From contig DASSXV010000037.1 of the NCBI GenBank assembly GCA_035703635.1, positions 1 through 39,951 on the forward strand: 39,951 bases of DNA. Direction: 5' to 3'. Below, piece by piece: positions 28,665-39,951 of this stretch. The notes below the pieces were generated by a model. It was not told the DNA's origin and searched no databases. It worked only from the letters and a program-made list of their open reading frames with translations. Numbering within the stretch: the first letter of the stretch is position 1; each line of letters starts with the position of its first letter. Source of the stretch: Trueperaceae bacterium (GTDB taxonomy: Bacteria > Deinococcota > Deinococci > Deinococcales > Trueperaceae). Both the position numbers and the translations under genes were made by a program.

Positions 28665-28732
28665 GCGCAAGGCTACCACGAGCTACCGTCCTGGACGCGA
28701 ACGTTGCCACATCTGCGCGGCGATGGCCGCGC

Positions 28733-29488
28733 TCAGAGGAGCTCGACCACCGTCATGCCCACGCCAGCCGCGACCGGCGGGTAGGCGCGGTGGAAGGTCT
28801 CGTCGAGGAGGCGCGCCGCGTGCTGGCGCATGAAGCCGAGCACGGATAGCGCTTGGGTCTCATGGCAGGCCATGGCCGAGAGCTTCGTAACGAGCTCCGC
28901 GCCGGCGGCTGCCGTGTGGGTCGGCGCCAGGTAACGCGCGTGCATCTCGCTCTCTTCTAGGAAGCCGCGACGCTGCGGACCTACGAACGGCGTGGCGCTC
29001 GCGAAGTAGTAGAGGCGCTCCGGCTTGGTGCTGGCCTTGGCGAAGGCCTCGAGCACGATGGCGTTCGTGAAGCAGTGGTCAGGGTGTCCGTTAGCCCCGT
29101 TGGGCGGGAAGGTTAGCACCGCGCGTGGGCGAGTGCTGTCGAAGGCGTCAAGCACCGCGGCAAGCACCGCGGCGCGGTCGGCCGCAACGAGGCCTGGATG
29201 CTCCGGCATGCCCCGGTTGGCGTCCGGCACGTAATCCTGGTAGTCGAGGATCGTGATGTCCTGCACGCCAAGCGTGGCCAGCGCGGCACGCAGTTCGCCC
29301 TCGCGCCTGTCAGCCAAGCCGGCGCGAGTGGTGAGGCCAAGCGTCAATCCGGCGGCTCCACGCGTGAGGGTGAGAGTGGCGGCCTTGCCACGCGCCGCGG
29401 TGCGCGCCAACATCGCGCCCGAACCGAACACCTCGTCGTCTGGGTGGGGCACTACGAGCAGTAGGTCGGTCAGATAGTCGGAGGTCAT
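28733..29488 (-). CDS. PIG-L family deacetylase (BshB/MshB-like)
   Basis: VPHPDDE, TLTRG, RREGELRAA, GHPDH, ACHETQ. Confidence 0.88.
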   Translation of the reverse strand: MTSDYLTDLLLVVPHPDDEVFGSGAMLARTAARGKAATLTLTRGAAGLTLGLTTRAGLADRREGELRAALATLGVQDITILDYQDYVPDANRGMPEHPGLVAADRAAVLAAVLDAFDSTRPRAVLTFPPNGANGHPDHCFTNAIVLEAFAKASTKPERLYYFASATPFVGPQRRGFLEESEMHARYLAPTHTAAAGAELVTKLSAMACHETQALSVLGFMRQHAARLLDETFHRAYPPVAAGVGMTVVELL

Positions 29489-29567
29489 TGCGCCAGCGTA
29501 CCGTCAGGCGCCGTACTTGTGGGCGCAGTAGGGCCTTGTAAGCCGAGGCGTAACGGTTCATCATTCG

Positions 29568-29606
29568 GGTTGGGGGTTCGCTGGCCGCGTAAGGCCACTG
29601 CTGACC
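29568..29606 (+). ncRNA. Probable Na+ riboswitch (DUF1646 RNA motif)
   Basis: GGTTG-GGG-GTTCGC-[TGGCC gcgtaa GGCCA]-CTGCTGACC; P1 GGTTG/TGACC plus a P2 hairpin; matches the DUF1646 consensus as I recall it; lies upstream of a transporter. Confidence 0.68.
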
Positions 29607-29626
29607 AAGAGAAGGGAGCGCCACGG

Positions 29627-31339
29627 GTGCTCAATCAATCGCCCCGCTCTAGCGGGTCGCTCACGCGTGTTCTCAAGTTCCTACCAAAGGCCTCTGATTA
29701 CCGGCCGAAGTACTTCCGCGTCGACGTTCTCGCCGGCGTTACGGTCGCGTTCGTTGCGTTGCCGCTGGCGCTAGGTTTCGGCGTCACCGCCGGAGCAGGT
29801 GCGACCGCAGGCATAGTCACCGCCATCGTCGCTGGCGTGGTGGCCGCGGTGTTCGGCGGCAGCAACTTCCAGGTCACCGGCCCAACTGGCGCCATGACTG
29901 CCGTGCTGCTGCCGATAGTCGCGCACCACGGGCCCGGCGCTCTGCCGATCCTTGGCATCGGCGCTGGCCTCATCCTTATCGCGCTTGGCCTCGCTGGCAT
30001 CGGGCGTTACGTGCGCTTCATCCCATGGCCCGTCGTCACGGGCTTCACCAACGGCATCGCGGTGATCATCTTCTTGCAGCAGCTCCCCAACGTGCTTGGT
30101 GTCAAGGCGCCGTTGGGTGAGAGCATCGTGTTCATCGCCATCCAGACGGTGCGCGAGTACGTTGCGCAACCGAGTTACCTGCCGGCCGTCATCGCGCTCA
30201 TCACCGTCGCCGCGATGCTCGGCTGGGGCCGCGTCAAGCTGCTCTCAGTAGTGCCTGCCAGCATGGCTGCCCTCGTGATCGTCACGCTTATCTCGCTCTT
30301 GCCGCCGTTCGCGGACCTCGCCCGCATCGGTGAGATCCCGCGCTCGCTGCCCCTGCCGATGCTGCCTGACCTAGCGTTGAGCGGCGCATGGGTCGACCTA
30401 TCGCGCGGCGCCATTGCCATCGCCATCCTGGCGGCGTTAGAGAGCCTGCTGTGCGCGGTCGTGGCGGACGGCATGACCGTCGGTGAGAAGCACGACCCCG
30501 ACCGCGAGCTCTTTGGCCAGGGGCTGGGGAACATCGCCGCCGGACTCTTCGGCGGCCTCCCCTCCACGGCCGCTCTGGCACGAACCGCGGTGAACGTGCG
30601 CTCGGGGGCACGTACGCGCCTTGCGTCCATCGTTCACGGCCTCACGCTGCTCGTCGTGATCCTGTTCCTCGCGCCGCTCGCCTCCAAGATCCCCCTCGCC
30701 GTGCTGGGCGGCATCCTGATGGTGGTGGCGGTGCGCATGGTCGAGCGTGAGGCGGCGTCGCTCATCATGCGCAGCACCAAGTCTGACGCCTTCGTGCTGC
30801 TCCTCACGATGGTCGTGACCATCTTCTTCGACCTGATCCTCGCCATCGAGGTCGGGCTCGTCGCGGCGGCCATCCTGTTCATCGTGCGCATGAGCAACAT
30901 GTTCACCGTCGACCCCATCGGCTTGGCTGGCGACGTCCCGCACCACGACGATGACGAGACGGTCGACGCCGAGCGCCAACTCCTCGCCAAACACGTTGTG
31001 GCTTACCGCGTCGACGGCCCCGTGTTCTTCGGCGCGGCCGAGCGATTCATCGACCAGTTGGTCAAGGTCGACCAGGGCATCAAGGTCGTCGTGTTGCGCC
31101 TCAAGCGCGTGCCAGTCATGGACGCCACCGGCGTGACGGCGTTGCGCGCCATTCACGACCGCCTCTCACGCCGCGGGATCGCCCTGCTCATCTCGGGTTT
31201 GCAGCCGCAACCGAAGGCGCTACTGCAGCGCATGGGCGTGTACGAGGAGATAACGCGTGACGGGACGTCCGATTTCGTCACGACGGAACAGGCGCTCGAA
31301 GTAGCCGTTGAACGGCTAGGTGACGGGTGGGGCAGCTAA
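29627..31339 (+). CDS. SulP/SLC26 anion transporter with STAS domain (DauA/YchM-like)
   Basis: DVLAGVTVAFVALPLALGF, GPTGAM, ESLLCAVVADGM, ELFGQGLGN, TAALART, STAS GPVFFGAA and VPVMDATG; GTG after SD AAGGGAG. Confidence 0.92.
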   Translation: MLNQSPRSSGSLTRVLKFLPKASDYRPKYFRVDVLAGVTVAFVALPLALGFGVTAGAGATAGIVTAIVAGVVAAVFGGSNFQVTGPTGAMTAVLLPIVAHHGPGALPILGIGAGLILIALGLAGIGRYVRFIPWPVVTGFTNGIAVIIFLQQLPNVLGVKAPLGESIVFIAIQTVREYVAQPSYLPAVIALITVAAMLGWGRVKLLSVVPASMAALVIVTLISLLPPFADLARIGEIPRSLPLPMLPDLALSGAWVDLSRGAIAIAILAALESLLCAVVADGMTVGEKHDPDRELFGQGLGNIAAGLFGGLPSTAALARTAVNVRSGARTRLASIVHGLTLLVVILFLAPLASKIPLAVLGGILMVVAVRMVEREAASLIMRSTKSDAFVLLLTMVVTIFFDLILAIEVGLVAAAILFIVRMSNMFTVDPIGLAGDVPHHDDDETVDAERQLLAKHVVAYRVDGPVFFGAAERFIDQLVKVDQGIKVVVLRLKRVPVMDATGVTALRAIHDRLSRRGIALLISGLQPQPKALLQRMGVYEEITRDGTSDFVTTEQALEVAVERLGDGWGS

Positions 31340-31353
31340 GCGCCCCACCCGTC
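31322..31353. terminator. Hairpin between the convergent sulP and clpB genes
   Basis: 12-bp inverted repeat GACGGGTGGGGC / GCCCCACCCGTC with the sulP stop codon in the loop. Confidence 0.7.
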
Positions 31354-31359
31354 CAACCT

Positions 31360-33945
<2,586 letters not shown>

Positions 33946-33951
33946 GAAGTG

Positions 33952-33989
33952 ATGATAGATACTTGAGTCTCATGTTGTCAACTTATCTA
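33952..33989 (-). promoter_or_regulatory. clpB promoter overlapped by a HAIR-like HspR operator
   Basis: Minus strand TTGACA (33981-33976), 18 bp, TATCAT (33957-33952), 6 nt, ATG; CTTGAGT-N7-TGTCAAC at 33962-33982. Confidence 0.82.
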
Positions 33990-34078
33990 ACAACGAAAGT
34001 GTGGCGGGCAAGCGTGCTGAGGCGCTAGCTCCAGCGCGGCCCCAAAACACCCACCGCCCAGCCAGCCGCCAGATACAG

Positions 34079-34115
34079 CATGTCGGCGCCACCCAACCAA
34101 GGCGGCGCCGACATG
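34079..34115 (-). terminator. Hairpin downstream of pntB
   Basis: CATGTCGGCGCC / GGCGCCGACATG 12-bp inverted repeat, extended by G-U pairs on the minus strand. Confidence 0.65.
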
Positions 34116-34141
34116 AAACGCTCCTCTTACCTAGTGCTAAC

Positions 34142-35509
34142 TCATGCGTCCTTGAACTCCGCCACCAGCGTACCGAGGCTCGCCTTGGCGTCGCCGAACA
34201 GCATGCGGGTGTTCGGCTTGTAGAAGAGGGGGTTCTCCACCCCGGAGAAACCTGGGTTCATCGAGCGCTTCAACACGAAGCAGGTGCGCGCCTGGTCGAC
34301 ATTGATGATCGGCATGCCGTAGAGCGGGCTGGCCTTGTCTTCACGCGCCGAAGGGTTGACGACGTCGTTGGCGCCGATGACGACCGCCACGTCAACCATC
34401 TCCATCGTCGGGTTCACGTCGTCTGGCTCGACCAGCTGCTCGTACGGCACGTTCGCTTCGGCCAACAGCACGTTCATGTGACCTGGCATGCGGCCGGCGA
34501 CCGGGTGGATGACGTAGCGCACTTCTGCGCCGTTCTTCTCGAGCAGGTCAGCGAGTTCCTTTACGACGTGCTGCGCTTGCGCGACGGCCATGCCGTAACC
34601 GGGAACGAAGATGACGTTCGAGGCGGCTTCGAGGATGTAGAACGCGTCGTCCGCCGTGATCGGCTTGATCTCGCCTTCCACTGCGGTGGTCGAGGCGCTG
34701 GTAGCGGAACCGAAGCCGCTGAAGAGCACGTTCGCGAGCGATCGGTTCATCGCCTTGCACATGATCTGCGTGAGGATCAGACCAGAGGCGCCCACCAGCG
34801 AGCCCGCCACCACGAGGACCGTGTTGCCGATGGCGAAGCCTGCCGCTGCGCCCGCGATGCCAGAGTAGCTGTTCAGGAGCGAGATGACGATGGGCATGTC
34901 GGCGCCGCCGATCGGCAACACCGCGAGCACGCCAAGCACGAGTCCGAGCACGAGGAAGATGAGCAGCAGCGGGTAGGACGACGCTGGGGCGATCACGAAG
35001 ATGACGCCCAAGATGACGGTGCCAGCGAGCAGTCCAGCGTTTACGAGCTGCTGCGAGCCGAACAAGATGGGCTTACCGCTGATGCGCTCGGAGAGCTTGG
35101 CCCACGCCAACCCGGAGCCCGTCGTCGTTACGGCGCCGATGACGACAGCCGCGAACACCGCTATGGAAGACACGACGTCGGAGTGGGGGTTGCGTATGTA
35201 CTCGTTCCAGCCGACCAGCATGGAAGCCAAGCCGCCTGAACCGTTCAACAGGGCAACCATCTCCGGCATGGCGGTCATCTTCACGGTCCGCGCGATGTAG
35301 AGGCCGATGGCAGCCCCGATGAGAACACCGATGAGGATGAAGGTGTAGTCGATGCCGGACTGCAACAGCGTGGCGCCAGCAGCGATAAGCATGCCGACGG
35401 CCGAAAGCATGTTGCCCTTGCGTGCGGACGCGGCGCGGCCGAGCATCTTGAGGCCGAGTATGAAGAGCACGGCCGAGACGATGTAAGCGAGTGGGATCAG
35501 CGTCTCCAC
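34142..35509 (-). CDS. pntB: NAD(P) transhydrogenase beta subunit
   Basis: MTAMPEMVALLN, IGGADMPIVISLLNSYSG, MCKAMNRS, PGYGMAVAQAQH, HPVAGRMPGHMNVLLAEA, GANDVVNP, LFGDAK. Confidence 0.97.
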   Translation of the reverse strand: METLIPLAYIVSAVLFILGLKMLGRAASARKGNMLSAVGMLIAAGATLLQSGIDYTFILIGVLIGAAIGLYIARTVKMTAMPEMVALLNGSGGLASMLVGWNEYIRNPHSDVVSSIAVFAAVVIGAVTTTGSGLAWAKLSERISGKPILFGSQQLVNAGLLAGTVILGVIFVIAPASSYPLLLIFLVLGLVLGVLAVLPIGGADMPIVISLLNSYSGIAGAAAGFAIGNTVLVVAGSLVGASGLILTQIMCKAMNRSLANVLFSGFGSATSASTTAVEGEIKPITADDAFYILEAASNVIFVPGYGMAVAQAQHVVKELADLLEKNGAEVRYVIHPVAGRMPGHMNVLLAEANVPYEQLVEPDDVNPTMEMVDVAVVIGANDVVNPSAREDKASPLYGMPIINVDQARTCFVLKRSMNPGFSGVENPLFYKPNTRMLFGDAKASLGTLVAEFKDA

Positions 35510-35516
35510 CCCGAAC

Positions 35517-35801
35517 TCACTTGCCTTTCTCGCCGGCGCGGAACATGCCGAGCATCCGGTCGGTTACCAAGTAGCCGCCCACGACGTTGACGGTGGCGGC
35601 TACGATCGCGATGACGGCGAGCGCCGAAGCTAACGGTCCATGCACTGCGGTCGCGGCGATGGCGCCGACGATCGTGATGCCCGAGATGGCGTTGGAGCCG
35701 GACATGAGCGGGGTGTGGAGTTGCGACGGGACCTTGTTGATGAGTTCGAAGCCAAGGAAGATGGCTAGGATGAAGGCCAGGAGCAGCAGCATGATGGTCA
35801 T
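35517..35801 (-). CDS. pntAB: NAD(P) transhydrogenase alpha subunit part 2 (membrane)
   Basis: VPSQLHTPLMSGSNAISGI, NVVGGYLVTDRMLGMF. Confidence 0.95.
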   Translation of the reverse strand: MTIMLLLLAFILAIFLGFELINKVPSQLHTPLMSGSNAISGITIVGAIAATAVHGPLASALAVIAIVAATVNVVGGYLVTDRMLGMFRAGEKGK

Positions 35802-36940
35802 ACTTCTCCGATCGCGGCGCGCACTCGCTCGTCGCGCACTTCGCCCTGCGAAGTGAGTAGGCAGGCGCTGATCACCTCATCCTGGGTATCGAGGCGCAGG
35901 GCGCTCGCCTCCTTGTCCCAGGCGTGTTCGATCAGCAAGTAGAGGTTGTTCGCGTAGACGAGGCTGGCGTCTTTAGCGACTTGCGCTGGCATGTGCTCGA
36001 GGCCGACGATGAGCACGCCGTTCGACGTCAACGTGTCCTCGCCCGCGCGCGTGCCCTCTACGTTGCCGCCCGTACTTGCTGCCAGGTCGACGACCACACT
36101 GCCTGCGCGCATGCCCGCCACCATCTCGGCGCTGATGATGCGCGGAGCGCGGCGTCCGAACACCTGCGCCGTCGTAACTACCACGTCAGCGCCAGCGCAG
36201 ACCTTCGCCATCTGCTTGCGCTGCGACTCGAGTTGCTCGGGCGTCAGTTCCTTGGCGTAACCCTGAGCGGACTGGCCCGTCTCACCGACATCGATCTCAA
36301 CGAACCTGGCGCCAAGCGACTGGACCTGCTCCTTGACGACAGGCCGCGTGTCGTATGCCTCCACGCGCGCGCCTAGGCGCTTGGCGGTAGCGATGGCCTG
36401 GAGCCCAGCCACGCCGGCCCCGACCACGAACACGCGCGCTGGCGGGATGGTCCCCGCCGGGGTGCTCATCATGGGGAAGGCCTTCACCGAGCGGCTAGCT
36501 GCCAGCACGACCGCGGCATAACCAGCGAGGCTTGCCTGACTAGAGAGGGCGTCCATCTTCTGCGCGTACGTGGTGCGAGGGATGAGCTCCATGCACAGCG
36601 AGTTGAGGCCATCAGCGGCCAGGGCGCGCACTAGGTCGCCATTGAAGAACGGGTCGAGGAACCCAGCCACGGTCGCACCGCGCTTCAGCCCCTCCAGCGT
36701 CGCCAACGTTGGCGGTTGCACGGTCAGGAGGAGGTCTGCGCCCGCCAGCAAGCGCGCTCGCTCGGGTTCGAACTTGGCTCCGGACTTAGCGAACTCGTCG
36801 TCACTAAAGAACGACAGCGTGCCCAGCCCCGGCTCTAGGGTGACGGTGGCTCCGAGCTTCACGAGCTTCTCGACCACCTGCGGGGTAAGCGGGCTTCTCC
36901 GCTCACCGGTTACGGTCTCCTTCAGCGCGACGATGTTCAT
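35798..36940 (-). CDS. pntAA: NAD(P) transhydrogenase alpha subunit part 1 (NAD-binding domain I)
   Basis: KET..GERR, ELIPRTTYAQKMDALSSQ, GAGVAGLQAI, TTAQVFGRRAP, VDLAASTGGNVE; ATG at 36940. Confidence 0.95.
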   Translation of the reverse strand: MNIVALKETVTGERRSPLTPQVVEKLVKLGATVTLEPGLGTLSFFSDDEFAKSGAKFEPERARLLAGADLLLTVQPPTLATLEGLKRGATVAGFLDPFFNGDLVRALAADGLNSLCMELIPRTTYAQKMDALSSQASLAGYAAVVLAASRSVKAFPMMSTPAGTIPPARVFVVGAGVAGLQAIATAKRLGARVEAYDTRPVVKEQVQSLGARFVEIDVGETGQSAQGYAKELTPEQLESQRKQMAKVCAGADVVVTTAQVFGRRAPRIISAEMVAGMRAGSVVVDLAASTGGNVEGTRAGEDTLTSNGVLIVGLEHMPAQVAKDASLVYANNLYLLIEHAWDKEASALRLDTQDEVISACLLTSQGEVRDERVRAAIGEV

Positions 36941-37032
36941 ACCGCGCTCATCTTTGCACGTACCTCGGGCCCGAGGCACGGGTCACTTGCCCCTGCGGAG
37001 CGAGGCGCTTTGCGGCGATATACTCCTCAGTC

Positions 37033-38001
37033 ATGAAGCATTTCGGCGTGCTCACCAGCGGAGGCGACGCTCCCGGCATGAACGCGGCAATCCGCGCAGT
37101 GGTCCGCACGGCGGTTCACGACGGCATCCGCATCTCGGGCGTTTACCGCGGTTTTCAAGGACTCGTAGAAGATGACGTCGTCGAGATGGGCCCGCGCGCC
37201 GTCGCCAACGTCTTGCAGCGTGGCGGGACCATCCTGCGCACCGCTCGGTGCGAAGCCTTCTTTCACCCACAAGGCCGGGCGGCCGGCGCTGAGACCTTGC
37301 GCCGCCACAGCATCGACGGGCTGATCGTCATCGGTGGCGACGGCAGCTTCCGCGGCGCCCAGCTCCTGCAAGAAGAGCAGGGCATCCATGTCGTCGGCAT
37401 TCCAGCCACCATCGACAACGACATCAACGGCACCGACGTCTCCATCGGCTTCAACACGGCCCTCGACGTGGCGCTAGACGCCGTCGACCGCCTGCGCGAC
37501 ACGGCCGCTAGTCACGACCGCCTCTTCCTCATCGAGGTCATGGGCAGGCGCGCCGGACACATCGCGCTGGCTGTTGGGGTGGCGGGTGGCGCAGAGGTGA
37601 TCCTGGTGCCGGAGGCGCCACTACCCGCCGCCGAGGTGACAGAGATGCTGCTCAAGGCCGAAGCTCGCGGCAAGACCTCCAGCATCGTGGTCGTGGCGGA
37701 GGGGGCGTACGAGGGCGGAGCCGCCGCGCTGCAGAAGGCCATCGAGGCGTCGTGCGGCTTCGAGGTGCGCACCGTCATCCTCGGCCACACCCAACGCGGC
37801 GGCAGCCCGAACGCCCGCGACCGCGTGCTCGCCTCGCGCCTCGGCTTCCACGCCGTCCGCGCGCTGGCGGCCAACCACAGCGGCGTGATGGTCGGAACGG
37901 ATCGGCGCGAGGTCACCTTGGTACCACTGCAGGAACTCGAGCAGCACCCGAGGGACATCGACCGCGAGCTCCTCGAGATCGCTTACGTCCTGGCGGTGTG
38001 A
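37033..38001 (+). CDS. pfkA: ATP-dependent 6-phosphofructokinase
   Basis: LTSGGDAPGMNAA, GGTILRTAR, GGDGS, TIDND, EVMGR, VVAEG, LGHTQRGG. Confidence 0.96.
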   Translation: MKHFGVLTSGGDAPGMNAAIRAVVRTAVHDGIRISGVYRGFQGLVEDDVVEMGPRAVANVLQRGGTILRTARCEAFFHPQGRAAGAETLRRHSIDGLIVIGGDGSFRGAQLLQEEQGIHVVGIPATIDNDINGTDVSIGFNTALDVALDAVDRLRDTAASHDRLFLIEVMGRRAGHIALAVGVAGGAEVILVPEAPLPAAEVTEMLLKAEARGKTSSIVVVAEGAYEGGAAALQKAIEASCGFEVRTVILGHTQRGGSPNARDRVLASRLGFHAVRALAANHSGVMVGTDRREVTLVPLQELEQHPRDIDRELLEIAYVLAV

Positions 38002-38030
38002 TCAGCTCGCACCAAGCCGACGCTTAGGAC

Positions 38031-39480
<1,450 letters not shown>

Positions 39481-39485
39481 TACCA

Positions 39486-39951
39486 ATGGAACTCGCGATC
39501 ATCGGCCTGGGCCGCATGGGGGCCGACATGACGCGCCGCCTCATGCATGGCGGGCACGCACCGGTAGTCACCGACCTCTCCCCCGACCCCGTTGCCGAGC
39601 TCGTCGAAGAAGGCGCACGTGGGGCGGGCAGCATCGCGGAGGCCGTCGCGCAACTCGCGGCGCCACGAGTGGTGTGGTGCATGGTGCCCGCTGGCGACCC
39701 GACCGAGCAGGTGATAGTGCAGGCGCTCGCCGCCATGTCGGCAGGTGACGTGCTGGTTGACGGCGCGAACTCCAACTGGGAGGACTCGCGCCGCCGCGCC
39801 GCCTTGGCCGAGGAGGCTGGCGTGCTGTGGTTGGACGCGGGCGTGTCGGGCGGGGTGTGGGGGCTCGAGCAGGGCTACAACCTCATGGTCGGCGGTCACG
39901 ACGATGCCTTCGCCATCGCGAAACCCATCCTGGAGACGCTGGCGCCAACCG
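39486..39951 (+). CDS. gnd: Decarboxylating 6-phosphogluconate dehydrogenase (short YqeC type), truncated by the window end
   Basis: Not in the ORF track; my translation gives MELAIIGLGRMG...PRVVWCMVPAG...VDGANS...DAGVSGGVWG...LMVGG. Confidence 0.92.
   Translation, partial: MELAIIGLGRMGADMTRRLMHGGHAPVVTDLSPDPVAELVEEGARGAGSIAEAVAQLAAPRVVWCMVPAGDPTEQVIVQALAAMSAGDVLVDGANSNWEDSRRRAALAEEAGVLWLDAGVSGGVWGLEQGYNLMVGGHDDAFAIAKPILETLAPT

Noticed and set aside
29519-29626. Longer SulP N-terminus
   Set aside because: The region holds the riboswitch-like element, and the SD points to the GTG at 29627
37399-37420. PfkA PATIDND instead of PGTIDND as a sign of PPi dependence
   Set aside because: GGDGS keeps the ATP-type Gly and there is no Lys at this site, so it is a minor variant

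Overview
GC-rich bacterial chromosomal window made of core housekeeping genes, most consistent with Deinococcota and probably a Truepera-like lineage. This placement is inferred from the short FtsY, the split PntA, MqnB, bacterial-type HerA/NurA and the many leaderless genes. Gene order: tRNA-Gln(CTG), tRNA-Gln(TTG), hbd, rsmJ, gabT, sulfurtransferase, rpe, accA, accD, bactofilin, an atypical SDR with an acidic tail, nrdR, sbcC-sbcD-herA-nurA preceded by a penicillin-acylase-family gene, rplM-rpsI, uppP, gltX-ftsY-mqnB-membrane protein, fba, rqcH, a TPR protein, a PIG-L deacetylase, SulP, clpB, pntB-pntAB-pntAA, pfkA, tyrS and a partial gnd. I saw no mobile element, CRISPR array or prophage. 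The most interesting signals are non-coding: a probable Na+ (DUF1646-class) riboswitch before sulP, an unrecognised ~106-nt rod-like RNA leader before tyrS, a switch-like leader before gabT, and an HspR (HAIR) operator over the clpB promoter. On the coding side, the archaeal-style nurA-herA-mre11-rad50 cluster and the catalytically degenerate SDR next to nrdR stand out. All calls come from motif recognition and hand-folding; no searches were run.
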